Shown: positions 12,759 through 23,420 of the stretch, in pieces | Layout of the letters: each line of letters opens with the position of its first letter | How positions within the stretch are numbered: the stretch's first letter is position 1 | Source of the DNA: Rhina ancylostomus | Lineage: Eukaryota | Reading direction: 5' to 3' | DNA: 64,000 nucleotides | Assembly: GCA_030265395.1 (NCBI GenBank) | Contig: JARFYF010000017.1 | Coordinates: 26,260,856-26,324,855, forward strand | Translations under genes and position numbers: made by a program | The notes under the pieces: generated by a model | What the model was told of the DNA's origin: nothing | The model's input: the letters and a program-made list of their open reading frames with translations, nothing else | Databases searched by the model: none

Positions 12759-12813
12759 GGCATGGACTCTATGGGCCAAAGGGATTGTTTCTGTGCTGTA
12801 TGACTCTATGACT
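12759..12813 (+). mobile_element. CR1/HE1-type 3' tail fragment
   Basis: ggcatggactctatgggccaaaggg...tctgtgctgtatgactctatgact is the 3' stem-loop and terminal repeat of CR1-family elements. Confidence 0.65.
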
Positions 12814-13009
12814 TTGGTTCTGTGAAATTCCTGTCTCTTCCTTCCTAGCCTCCAACAAGAAGATCTCGGCCAACATCATGTCAGCACAATTTTAACGTTG
12901 TTGAAACCATAATCCTTCTCCATCATCTTGTTGAGATTGCTAACGCTGGGAAATTTTGGTCATAACAGCAAATTTACATCTGCATTGGTTAGACATATGA
13001 ATAGTTCTT

Positions 13010-13208
13010 AAAAAAATTACTAGAAACACTCAGCAAGTCAGGCAGCATTCATGGAAAAAGAAACACAATCAATGTTTCAGAGCATTTGATGAAGGGTCTT
13101 TGACCTGAAACATTGGCCGTATTTCTATCTCTGTCAAGGATGCCTGACTTGCTGAGTGTTTCCAGAATTTTCCGTTATTTAAATTTCAGATTTCCAACAC
13201 TTGCATGC
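13010..13208. mobile_element. Fold-back Penelope-derived element with hammerhead-like core
   Basis: Inverted arms gaaacactcagcaagtcaggca / tgcctgacttgctgagtgtttc; core TTGATGA-AGGGTCTTTGACCT-GAAA-CATT at ~13086-13114; tail on the right arm. Confidence 0.8.
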
Positions 13209-15149
13209 CAATAATTTTAGTTGCTTCTGTCCATACAGCACAATTTTTTTATATTCTAAATGCAAAAATGAGTGCAGGTATATTTAAGCATCTATTTCAA
13301 AGGTAAATGTGTGTGCACTTCCAACATTTTGTTTACTCTCTTGTTTTTGCACAGCCATTTTCAATTGCTTACTGCCTACAGAAACAGCCTAAGACTCAAT
13401 TGCAAAGGTCAAGTGGATCATTTTCTTGTCATTAAGGTAATTAATTTGGATGACTTCAACTTACATTTGACTGGATTTTTAAATATGCCACTGGCAGCAC
13501 TACTGCTCCACCAGAAGTTAGCGATTTGGTGTTGATTTGGCAAATGAACTTACTGGCATATGTTTCTTGTGCTCATCTGCAGGGAGATGTGGCTTTTCAG
13601 TTTATAATTTAATCAAAAATTTGTGTTTGTATTGCAAAAAGGGGAGATCTATGTTCCTGAAAGATGAGCAGAGGTTGAATTCTACAGTATTCTGTAATTT
13701 TATCAGATGCACTTAACAGAAGCTGATGTTTCATTTTGGTGACCAAATCACAATGTTTTGCAGCAGACATGTTATCAGATTTTCTGTACATTGTGACATT
13801 TGGAGAAATGTGCCATATGCATTGTAAGCAATTATTAAGTTGTGCACTAAGCATTGAAAATTTTGTAAATTAATCTGTGTTTCATACTTCATTACAATCG
13901 AGCTAATTTTGGAATTTCTCATGTTAATTGATTAGTTGTCTTATAGATGCAGATTAATGGACCCTTGCCTCTTAGAATCCTTTGTGGTGAATTTAATTGT
14001 AGGACTCCTGTTTTTGACCAGTCCATTGAAAATTGATTATTGTCCATTTCATATCAGTTGTCTCAGTGTTTGGAATAAAGGACATTCAATTAAAAAAATG
14101 CATCTTTATTATGTTTCACAGCACAACTGATTTGATAATTACCTTTGAACTTCATACCTTGAAATAAAATAAATGTAAGTAATCCAGAATAAACGGTGAT
14201 TTCAATGTATTTTCCCCAACACTTATTCCTGTTTGCTGTTTCTGCTTATATTCTTCATATAATATGTACAGCACATTAAGTATGCCTGGATGTTTTCTCA
14301 AAGGAAAAAAAGAACCTTATAATTTTCATGTTCTGATCTCAGAACACGCACTAGAATAAACCTGTAATTTTCATCCCCTAATGTCATTCATACAGTTTTT
14401 AATTACAAATACTGTCACCATCTGCTCACCAGTGCAGGCTACTTACCTGCATAACCTGCTTATTATAACAGTCAATTCATAAACTATATCTCAATAAAAC
14501 CATCAAGCTCTATAAAAATAAGTATGCCATTTATATAATATAAACTGATTAGTATTGAGCATGGAACATGGTGCCGACATGCAATATGAATTATGCGGAG
14601 AATGCTATCACATGTCTAGTGGAAAATAAAGCTAAAATATACAAACAGGATTTTGAAACCCATAACAAAAAATGGTTCTAAAATACAGCATTTCTCTAAA
14701 AGTGGAATTAATATAAAGAATCTCTCAGGTTTTAAAATCTAGCTCAACCCAAATTCAATTGCCCTTAATTGAGATGCATTTTATTACTGTGGTGTCTTCT
14801 AATTTTGTCTTACACTGAATCATTTCACATGTGGGTTGGGTTGTCCCTTTACAAAGTAATGACAAATATGCAGAAGGACAAAGAGTTCCTCTGCATCACG
14901 CAGCTGCATTTTTATGTTTTGAACATACAAGTCTTGCAGGATATTGTTTGATTGTATGAGCCATGGTGGTCTAACAGGCAAGGAATTGCTGCCAGAAAAG
15001 TGACACAAGTTCATCTTACCACCATCATCCATCAATACAGTGGAAGAATCCAATACCCAGTTGCACGTTTTCCAGTTTAGTGCTAGTGCTGCCTTCATGG
15101 CAGCATCCTTGTATCTGAATCTGAACAGTACCTGTGCAGTTCTTATTCT

Positions 15150-15475
15150 AGAGTTTTTAGCCCCTACTCTAGGCTGAAACTTCAGTGCAATATTCAGAGA
15201 GCACTGCACTGTTGGACATGCAGTCCCTTATTTGAGATGTAAAACTAAAGCTTAGTCTGCCCTCTCAAAGGGAAGCAACAAGTTCTCTAAACATTGTGAC
15301 TAACATTTATCAAATTATAAACATCACTAAAAGAAATCTAGTCCTTTATATCATGTTTGCATTTCTAAAACTTTGCAGAGCATTAGTTGGCTCTGCATTT
15401 CCATTTCTTTTAGGAGTGACTATACAAAGTTTGTGTATATTTTGGAGAGGTCCTGAAATCTTATAGAGTTTGCTA
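15150..15475 (+). mobile_element. Deu-domain SINE (SacSINE1-like), degenerate
   Basis: ctaggctgaaacttcagtgcaatattcagagagcactgcactgttgga...gagatgtaaaac...gtctgccctctca...aacatcactaaaa...ttggctctgcatttcc follows the DeuSINE consensus order. Confidence 0.7.
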
Positions 15476-15669
15476 TTGTTTGTATTAGAGATTCAGGTTT
15501 CTGGACCCAAACTTGAAAGTGGCACAGTGGGTTTCCAATATTTAATCTGAAGCTGAAAAATAAGGCATTATTTCACATTGACTGAAGGAAAGCTTAATTT
15601 TGAGAGGATCTTTGAAATCCAGTGTTGACCATCATTAACCAGAGAGTGGAAATTATAGGACTATGGTTT

Positions 15670-15985
15670 GTCAGGAACACCTAAAGTCCTTCACGTATTT
15701 TGAAGTTCACAGTTCGTTCCTAATTGTGTAATGAGAAATCACAGCAGCCAGTTACATAGAGTAGCATAGGAGAAATCACCACATTTAACTGACCTGAGGG
15801 TAAGTTAATTTAGTGGAGAGAGGGTTTGTGGAGAGAGGGTATGTGGCCAGGACATCAAAGAAACTTTCTCTTCTTCAGATGGAGCCATGCGAACAGTTGT
15901 TAGCTTCCCACTTCATTGGAATGGGGCACCTCCAACAATGCTGCAGTCATGTCATCCAGCAGTCAATTATCAGCCTAATTAAGAA
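15670..15985 (-). mobile_element. Deu-domain SINE, degenerate
   Basis: ggccaggacatcaaagaaactttctcttcttcagatggagccatg and ggcacctccaacaatgctgca are reverse complements of Deu-domain motifs. Confidence 0.55.
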
Positions 15986-16883
15986 ACATCCTGCCACAAA
16001 ATTGCTGCTACCCGAGCTAATCAGTCAGAATGCTCAAATTTTTAGACTAAAGTGATAATATTTTTCATTTTAGATTGTGAATGAAGTGACAAATTCCTTC
16101 CAAACACAGAAAAAATAGCAAACTGGACAACCATAAAGTCGTGAGCAACTGGTGAGTAAAATATAAACTTCAGGAATTCAATTAATACCGGAAAGAAAGT
16201 CATGTTTATTCATATGTTTTAGGTGGAATTTTCAATGCTCCACCTTTGGGTTAAGTTATCAATTTAAAAATGAGGAAAATCAAAGTACTTTGGTGCGATG
16301 GAGATATTTGGCATAACCTTTCTGTTGGTACTGTGACAAATCATTAAACAGCGTGAATCTGAACATTCAGCAATATAGACATGGATCAAGTTAAAAGGTG
16401 ATATTTTTAGCCAGATTTTCAAACACGCAAAGGATAAACTTGGCAATATAAGATTCACCTCATGTGGGTGGAATCTATAAAGTAAATTAAGGGCTGTAAA
16501 ATTCAGTTTCACCACGCCCATTGCCGCATACTCTTTATTGGTAAATGTGATGATGCAGATTTATGGGGATCATATATGCCTGGAGCTTTGCTGGATTATG
16601 TTAGGGAACCAGAGAACTATTTCCTGAAGATTTTTAATAAATGCATTTTAAGGTTTTTCTTTGTGTATTTGCCTCAGGATAAATCAGGGTTCTCTATGTT
16701 TGAAACAAGTGGATTTGATGAGCCTGATGTTCTTTCTTGTCATTCTTTTTATTTGTATTACTTGTTAAAAAGTAAACATATAAAACAGATTGTTAAGAGG
16801 TCCAGTTCAGCAAGTATTTTAAGTTTGTTTTGTCTTAGTGGCCTCTTTAATTATAGAATTAGTATTTTAACAAATGTAATATG

Positions 16884-16996
16884 GAGGGCTATGTGGGAGG
16901 GAAGGGTTAGATAGGTATTAGAGCAGGATAAAGTGTCGGCACAACATTGTGGGCCGAAGGGCCTGTACTGTGCTGTAGTGTTCTGTGTTCTATGTT
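16884..16996 (+). mobile_element. CR1 (HER1-like) 3' end, relatively young
   Basis: ggagggctatgtgggagggaagggttagata...gtcggcacaacattgtgggccgaagggcctgtactgtgctgtagtgttctgtgttctatg; CpGs are retained. Confidence 0.85.
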
Positions 16997-16997
16997 T

Positions 16998-17190
16998 CAT
17001 AAGAAAAAGATGCAGTAGTAGGCCATTTGACCCCTCATACCTGCTCCACTATTCAAGAAGATCATTGTTGATCTTTCACTTCCTTATTAACCTTATAATT
17101 CCTTACTATCTATGAATTTATCAATCAAAAAACCCATCTGATGTTGCACACCATTCTAGGACAAGGAGTTCATCATTACTTCCTGGGTAT
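16998..17190 (-). mobile_element. CR1 3' end fragment, tail-to-tail with the preceding copy
   Basis: cataagaaaaagatgcagtagtaggccatttgacccctcatacctgctccactattcaagaagatcattgttgatc. Confidence 0.65.
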
Positions 17191-17987
17191 AAAGCAAAAT
17201 ATAACATGATCTAATATTTTTCAAAGGGGCTCACCAGTACATTCTCCTTTTTAGTTAATAGAAAAATAATTGATGTCCTCTGTGTGCAAGCTTCTTCACC
17301 CCAATCTGCATCCTGCAATCTACTCACACATTTTACAACCAAATGCCAAAGGTCAATCTCAAGTAAGTTTACCGCATAGAAGAGGTGATCTGCTCAGTAT
17401 GACTTTCTGAATGAGCTTTCAGCTTAAGTGCCAGAATTTAATATAGTTGATATTTGGCAATTATTATGGATTCTATGTCTGAACAACTTTTGGTGTGCAA
17501 AAGAAAACCTGCCCAACCCATTCATTCTTATATTAACAATCTTAAATTTATCTCTCCAATTAGCAACTCACCAACTAATGGAAATAGTTTTTACCTATTT
17601 ATCTTTTTTTTTAAACCCTTCAGGCAAGTGAATTCTAGGGCAATAAATGCTCAGAATATTGTAATAAGCATAATTTGCTTGTAACGATTTCCATTTATAA
17701 TGACCATGAAGAAGTAATGATCAATTGTTAAATTGGGGATCTGTATTTCCTTAACCTATTCAATGACTAGTGCATACTTATAATATTCCAACAAAATTCT
17801 AAAAGTTAAATTATATCTCTCAACCACTTTTCCATATTTACCACTGAGCATCACTCAAAAAAGCTGTTTAATCATATACCAATTCTCCCTCCTCAAAGAA
17901 TACCTTTAAGGTAAAAAGGCTGAAGATCAGTTTTAATTAATTTTGAATTTGTTTCCTCAGCCACTTAAAGTGCTCCATTTTAATATT

Positions 17988-18230
17988 GTCACCCTCATGT
18001 TCAAATCCCCCCCATAGCTTTTCCTCCTGCTTTCCTGTCACCGCTTACAATGCTCTTCTTTCTTTGTTTTACCATTAGTAACCATGCCTTCAGCCAGAAG
18101 GTCCCTAAGAACTGGAATTCGCTCCCTAAATCTTTCTACCTCTTGATGTCTCCCTTCTTTTTGAAAAGCTCCTAAAAGCTTATTACTTCACCAAGCATTT
18201 GGTCACCAGTTCTAATGCCGTCTTCTTTTG
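17988..18230 (+). mobile_element. L2 LINE 3' end fragment
   Basis: ccatgccttcagccagaaggtccctaagaactggaattcgctccctaaatc...aagctcctaaaagcttattacttcaccaagcatttggtcacc matches an L2 ORF end (AFS..gP..WNSLP..LK..LF) and its 3' UTR. Confidence 0.7.
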
Positions 18231-18322
18231 TTAAAGTTACCTCAGGAGGATGTAGAAGACTCCATGGCATCATTTTGAAGAAGAGTTCTGCCTGTTGTTC
18301 TTGCCAATCTCTCACTCAGCAT

Positions 18323-18740
18323 TAGAATAATAGAAAATTGATAACACAGAAGGCCATTTAGCCTTAGCTGGCTGAAAGATAATTGAATTCCTCCTTTCCA
18401 GACCAGGCCCATGGTCCTTCAAATATACATCCAGGTACCTTTTTAGAGTAATAGGGTTTCTGTCTCTACCAAACTTGTTGGCAGTGAGTTCCAGGCCCCT
18501 AGCTCCCCCTGGGTGAAAAACACTTCTCCTCATCTCTCCTTCAATCCTTCTACCAATTATTTTAAAATTTATACTGATTATTTTTGATCTTTCTGCTAAT
18601 TCTTGTTCATGTGTAGGACCTTATATATTTATTTTATCTCAATAAATTCTCACCTCAGCACCCTGTGTTCCAAAGAAAACCACAAAGCCTTTCCCGTTTT
18701 CCTCATTGTTCAAAATTTCTAGTCCTGGTAAATCTACTCT
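18323..18740 (-). mobile_element. CR1 3' fragment inserted in DeuSINE
   Basis: acacagaaggccatttagcc...ggcagtgagttccaggcccc...gggtgaaaaacacttctcctc...ttccaaagaaaacc; the minus ORF 18312-18533 is CR1 ORF2 C-terminus-like. Confidence 0.75.
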
Positions 18741-18804
18741 GCGTCAAAGAATGGTGATCTAGTTATTATCAAATTGCTGATGGTAGAAGCTCACTATGTA
18801 CGAA

Positions 18805-18963
18805 TTTTTTAAATTAAAAAAAAATTATTTACAGCATGGTAACAGGGCCTTCTGTCCCAACGAGTCCACTCCGCCCGTTTTAAGCCCCAAATTAACCTAC
18901 CTGTATGTCTTTGGAATGTGGGAGGAAACTGGAGCACCCAGAGGAAACCCATGCAGACATGCA
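18805..18963 (-). mobile_element. HE1 / V-SINE, 5'-truncated
   Basis: The rc contains the V-domain tgtctgcatgggtttcctctgggtgctccagtttcctcccacattccaaagac and a CR1-type tail. Confidence 0.85.
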
Positions 18964-19344
18964 GAGTGGCTGCAACATTTTCCACATTAGACCAAGGACT
19001 ACAGTTCAGAGGTACTTTACTAGCTGTAAGCTACCCTTGGATAGCCTCAGAAGAAAGGTAATGATGACATATAAATCTCTTGATTTTGGCTTGGTGGATT
19101 AAAAAATTCTATATAAATGCAGGTTATTGATGTCAGACAATGATATTGAACGATGACCAGTAACTAAATAGTTGATTCATTCAGAATAAAAGGATGTGAA
19201 TGAATGGGAGTAGTTAAATTAGACATTCTCCAATTCAATCAGCTATTGTGGGAGAAAAATATGATGTTCAGACATACATTATATAGAAATCACCTGTTTG
19301 GAATTTTACTCAGTTTAATATAAATTAAAATTGAACCAAAAGCA

Positions 19345-19456
19345 AAATAATACAATGCTAAAAATCCAAAACAAAGAGCTAAAAATACTCAGCAGATGAA
19401 GCAACCTCTTTGAAGAGAGAAATATACATCATTTCAGGTCAATAAACTTTCATCAA
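19345..19456 (-). mobile_element. Degenerate Penelope-pLTR-derived repeat
   Basis: aaatactcagcagatgaagcaacctctttgaagagagaaa...atttcaggtcaataaactttcatcaa (rc TTGATGA...GAAA). Confidence 0.55.
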
Positions 19457-19660
19457 TTGTGCAGTTTCTACATTAGATATCCCAAGCAGCAAGCCGAGAA
19501 TCCCCTTATTCATATTTACCTTTCTTTGATATATCTGGACCAAATGTCTCTATGTTAGTGAACAACATGGAGAATAAATACAAATGTCAACATTATAGGA
19601 ATGAATACAACTGATATCCTTTTTAATGATCTTTCTGTACATCTTGTTAAAGTATGTATT

Positions 19661-19735
19661 TCGGCACAGCTTTGTGGGCCGAAGGGCCTGAATTGTGCCG
19701 TCGTTTTTCTATGTTTCTATGTTCTATGTTTCTAT
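19661..19735 (+). mobile_element. CR1 3' tail fragment
   Basis: tcggcacagctttgtgggccgaagggcctg...ttctatgtttctatgttctatgtttctat terminal repeats. Confidence 0.8.
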
Positions 19736-21087
19736 ATTCACATTCCAGTACAGGTGAATTTGATGGGCTGGGTTTGAAGCTACATTTCAGCAGCTGCTAA
19801 GCCATGAATTTTTATTTAAGTGGCTCTCTGTATGAAACCCAATGTTCATGACGAACACTGGGCCTTAGTTAAAACTTGTCTAAATCTGGATTCCACTATG
19901 AAGAGGGCAGACTGAGAGCAGGGGAGGTATCCACAGCTGAACAACACACTACTTGTTCAAACTCAGCTCGGCCTATTTGTCTTTCTCATTAAACCAAAAT
20001 ACAGAAAAGTATATTTAGTAAATTTGTTTTTAAAGAACATAAGGGACCAGCTTATGATTCCAATGGCTGTAACAGTGGTAGTTTATTCCCTCAGCTGTTG
20101 GCCTTGCATCATTAGATATTGTTTGTTCTTTGGTCAGGAATTCCCTGATTAAAAGCAATAAGTTTCTGAGTGTGAGCAGAACAACTGCTGCACCCACCGC
20201 AGTGGGGCAGGACACTAGGAGATTGACTCAGTCATTCTTAATTGACAGGATCTTTCATGATAATGATAGTGTAACAATTCACAACATCAGAGAAAAGATA
20301 TCTGCGAGTTGTGATACAGCCATAAAACCCAACGTTCTCTACAATGTTCTTACTTCATCTTTACAGCTCTCCCATTTTCCAAAACTAACCTACCTCCCTT
20401 AACCTACAGAAGAGGTTAAACCACCAGTTTATTAATAGAAACACAAATGTCTAACATTTATGATAAATTCTTAAGGCACTTTGATATTGCCATGTGTTAT
20501 GTTTGGGTTATAAGAGAGGGAGCTCCACATTTGCTCTCCACGGTTACAATGTCAGAGAGGAGCTCCTTTATCCCGGCAGGAAGTTCATTGCAGTTCTGCT
20601 GCTGCGGAAGGATATTTTACCAACAAAAGGTGGGAGGCAGCACATGTTAGTAACCAATTTAAACAGACATTACCATTGAGTGAGCACTCTTGGTTTAGTC
20701 TATCTTTAGAAACCTCCATTGTACGATTTGAAGGCCATTTTTAATCAACATCACAGCAAAGAGCAAAAGTGTGTGAAATCATAGTAATTGAACACGACCA
20801 TATAAGCCGGTGAGAGTCAAGTGTCATCACTTTCCTTCTATATCAATACCTGTTGATGGACCTCAGCATCTCTGTCTCTTACAATCATCTCCCCAGCCTG
20901 TGCTCAGTAAAACTCAATTCATATATCACTCATAAGACTTGCAGGATTATTACATGCAGTGTAGCCAGGGGTGAAGAAAAGTTAGATTTCTTTCTGGTAT
21001 GACCATATCACAGACAAAGTTTTGGCCACTTTCTTACTGCCACACTGTACCATCCCATACCCGCTTACTTTCACCTCTGAACCATGG

Positions 21088-21620
21088 GAACATAAGAAAC
21101 AGGAGCAGGACTAGGCCAGTTGGTCCTTCAAGCCTGCTCCACCATTCAGTAAGATCATGACTGATCCATTTTGGGCTCAATTCCACTTTCCCCTGCTCTT
21201 CCTATACCCCTTGACTCCTTTGAAGTTCAAATGCCTGTCAGTTTACACCTTGAATATATTCAATGCCTCCACCTGGGATCGAGAATTCCAAAGATTTATA
21301 ACTTTCTGAGAATAACTTTATCCTCCCCTCCATCTTAAATGGGCAATCCCTTGTTCTGAAATTATGGCTCCGGTTCCAGATACGTCAATTAAGGGAAACA
21401 TTCTCTCAACATTCACCCTATCAATCATTCACAGAATCTTATCTATTTTGTTATAACCCCTTATTTTTCTACACTAAATTAATATGGGTCCAACCTGCTC
21501 AACCTTTCTTCATACGTCAACCCCTCATTCCAGTAGTCAATCCAGTGAACCTCCTTCACACTGCCTCCAATGCAAGGATGTCCGTTCTTCAATGTGGAAA
21601 ACAAATGTGGCCACGATTCT
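21088..21620 (-). mobile_element. CR1 LINE 3' fragment
   Basis: gaacataagaaacaggagcaggactaggcc...gagaattccaaagatt...ccagtgaacctccttcacactgcctccaatgcaag is the rc of a CR1 ORF2 end and 3' UTR. Confidence 0.85.
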
Positions 21621-21644
21621 ATTAGTTTTAAAATAGTTGTGGAA

Positions 21645-22974
21645 AAAATAGGACTGGCTCACAAGTTAAAGTCCTAAATTGAGGCAAGTCAAATTTTGAT
21701 GGCATGAGACAGGAACTTGCAAATGTTGATTGGGAGAGGCTGTTAGTAGTTAAAGGGACATCTGGCAAGTAGGAGGCTGTTAAAAATGAGACAGAGAGTG
21801 TTCAGGGCCATTGTGTCTCTGTTAGAGTGAAGAGCAAGGCTGGCAGTATTAGGGGACCCTGGCTGAAGAAGGATATTGAGGCTGAGGTTAGGAAAAGGAA
21901 GGTGGTATATGTTAGGAACAGGCAATTAGGATCAACCGAATCCTTTGAGAGATGTAGGAGTACACTTAAGAAGGAAATCAGGAGGGCAATAAAGAGGACA
22001 CAAAGTGTCTTCGTCAGATAAGATGAAGGAGACTCCTAAGAGATTCTGTAAGTATGCTAAGAGCAAAAGAGTAACTGGGGAGAGAATGGGTCTCCTTAAG
22101 GATCAGTGTGGTTGTTTGTATGGAGCCACAGGAGATGGGGGAGGTCTTAAATGGATATTTCTCATCTGTATTCACTGTGGAGAAATTCATGGAAGCTAGG
22201 GAATTCAGAAAAGAGAAAAGTAATATCCTGAAACATTTTGACATTATGGAAGTGTTAGTGATCTTAAAGATGGATAAATCCCTGATCAAGTGTATCCTCA
22301 GACTTTTTGGCAGAGATCTGATAGAGATTGTTGTACCTTAGCCACAGGTGAGCTATCGGAAGACTGGAGGGTGGTTAATGTTGCACTTTTATTTAAGAAA
22401 GGCTGCAAAGACAAGCCAAGGAACTACAGGCCAGTGAGCCCAACATCAGTGGTGGGAAAGTTACTGGAGGGGATTCTGAGAGACAGGAAATAACTGCATC
22501 GGAAAGGGAGGACTAATTAGGGATAGTCAGCACGGCTTTGTGTGTGGGAAATCATATCTCATGGAATTTGATTGAGATTTTTGAAGAGGTGCCAAGATGA
22601 TTGATGAGGGCGGTGTGGTAGACATCTACATGGACTTTAACGAGGCTTTTGACAAGGTCTCACATGGAGGGCTGGTCCAGAAGGTGAGACCACATAGGAT
22701 CCAGGATAAGGCAGATAATTGGATGTAAAATTGGCTTGGTGGATGGAGAATGAGGGTGGGAGTGGAGGGTTGTTTTTCAGATTGGAGGCTGGTGACTAGA
22801 GGTGTGCCACAGGGATCGCTGCTGGGTCTCCTGTTGTTTGTCATATATATATTAACAATTTGGATGAGAGTGTAGGTGGCATGGTTGGTAAGTTTACAGA
22901 TGACACCAAAATTGGTGGTGTGGTGGATAGTGAAGAAGGTTGCCGGAGGTTACTTATCTAGATTTAGATCAACT
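21645..22974 (+). pseudogene. CR1 LINE ORF2 reverse-transcriptase region, disrupted
   Basis: LATGELSEDWRVVNVALLFKKGCKDKPRNYRPVSPTSVVGKLLE; SQHGFV; YMDFNEAFDKVSH; GVPQGSLLG; KFTDDTKIGGVVDSEEG. Multiple stops and frameshifts; ends at a gap. Confidence 0.92.
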
Positions 22975-23074
22975 NNNNNNNNNNNNNNNNNNNNNNNNNN
23001 NNNNNNNNNNNNNNNNNNNNNNNNNNNNNNNNNNNNNNNNNNNNNNNNNNNNNNNNNNNNNNNNNNNNNNNNNN

Positions 23075-23420
23075 TATCTGACCCTGGAGAAGATCCTAGG
23101 AGGCTGTCCAGATGAAGTCCTGCTGTGATATCCTACACTTGAGATGATTGTTCTCCAACAACTACATCCATTTTCCAATGTGTCTGGCATGAGTCCAGTC
23201 AGTGGAAAGTTTTCCCCTTGGTCGCCATTGCCTTTAGTCTTTCACCTGCTTTATACCACACTTGGTCAAATTGATGCCAAGGTATACACTCTTGCCTCTG
23301 GATGTTAACTGTTCTGTCCATGCTTGGACTGAGGTTGAGATTCAATTTTGAGTTCTGGCATAACCTAAATTGTGCGCTGGTAAACAGGTTATTTGAATAT
23401 AAATAAAGTTCGCTGGCACT
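23075..23420 (-). mobile_element. CR1-like LINE (second family) RT fragment
   Basis: The rc resembles NLL..AQF.F.Q...VQAWT..L...FDQVW.K...GKTFH.LDS (RT subdomains), degenerate. Confidence 0.65.

Larger units (their letters stand above)
18240..19125 (+). mobile_element. Deu-domain SINE split into three pieces (18240-18322, 18741-18804, 18964-19125) by two later insertions
   Basis: ctcaggaggatgtagaagactccatggcatcattttgaagaagag | gatctagttattatcaaattgctg | gtggctgcaacattttccacatt...gactacagttcagaggtacttt; the pieces are collinear with the consensus. Confidence 0.7.

Noticed and set aside
16655-16745. Acceptor-like site followed by DKSGFSMFETSGFDEPD
   Set aside because: No convincing donor site and no recognisable protein.
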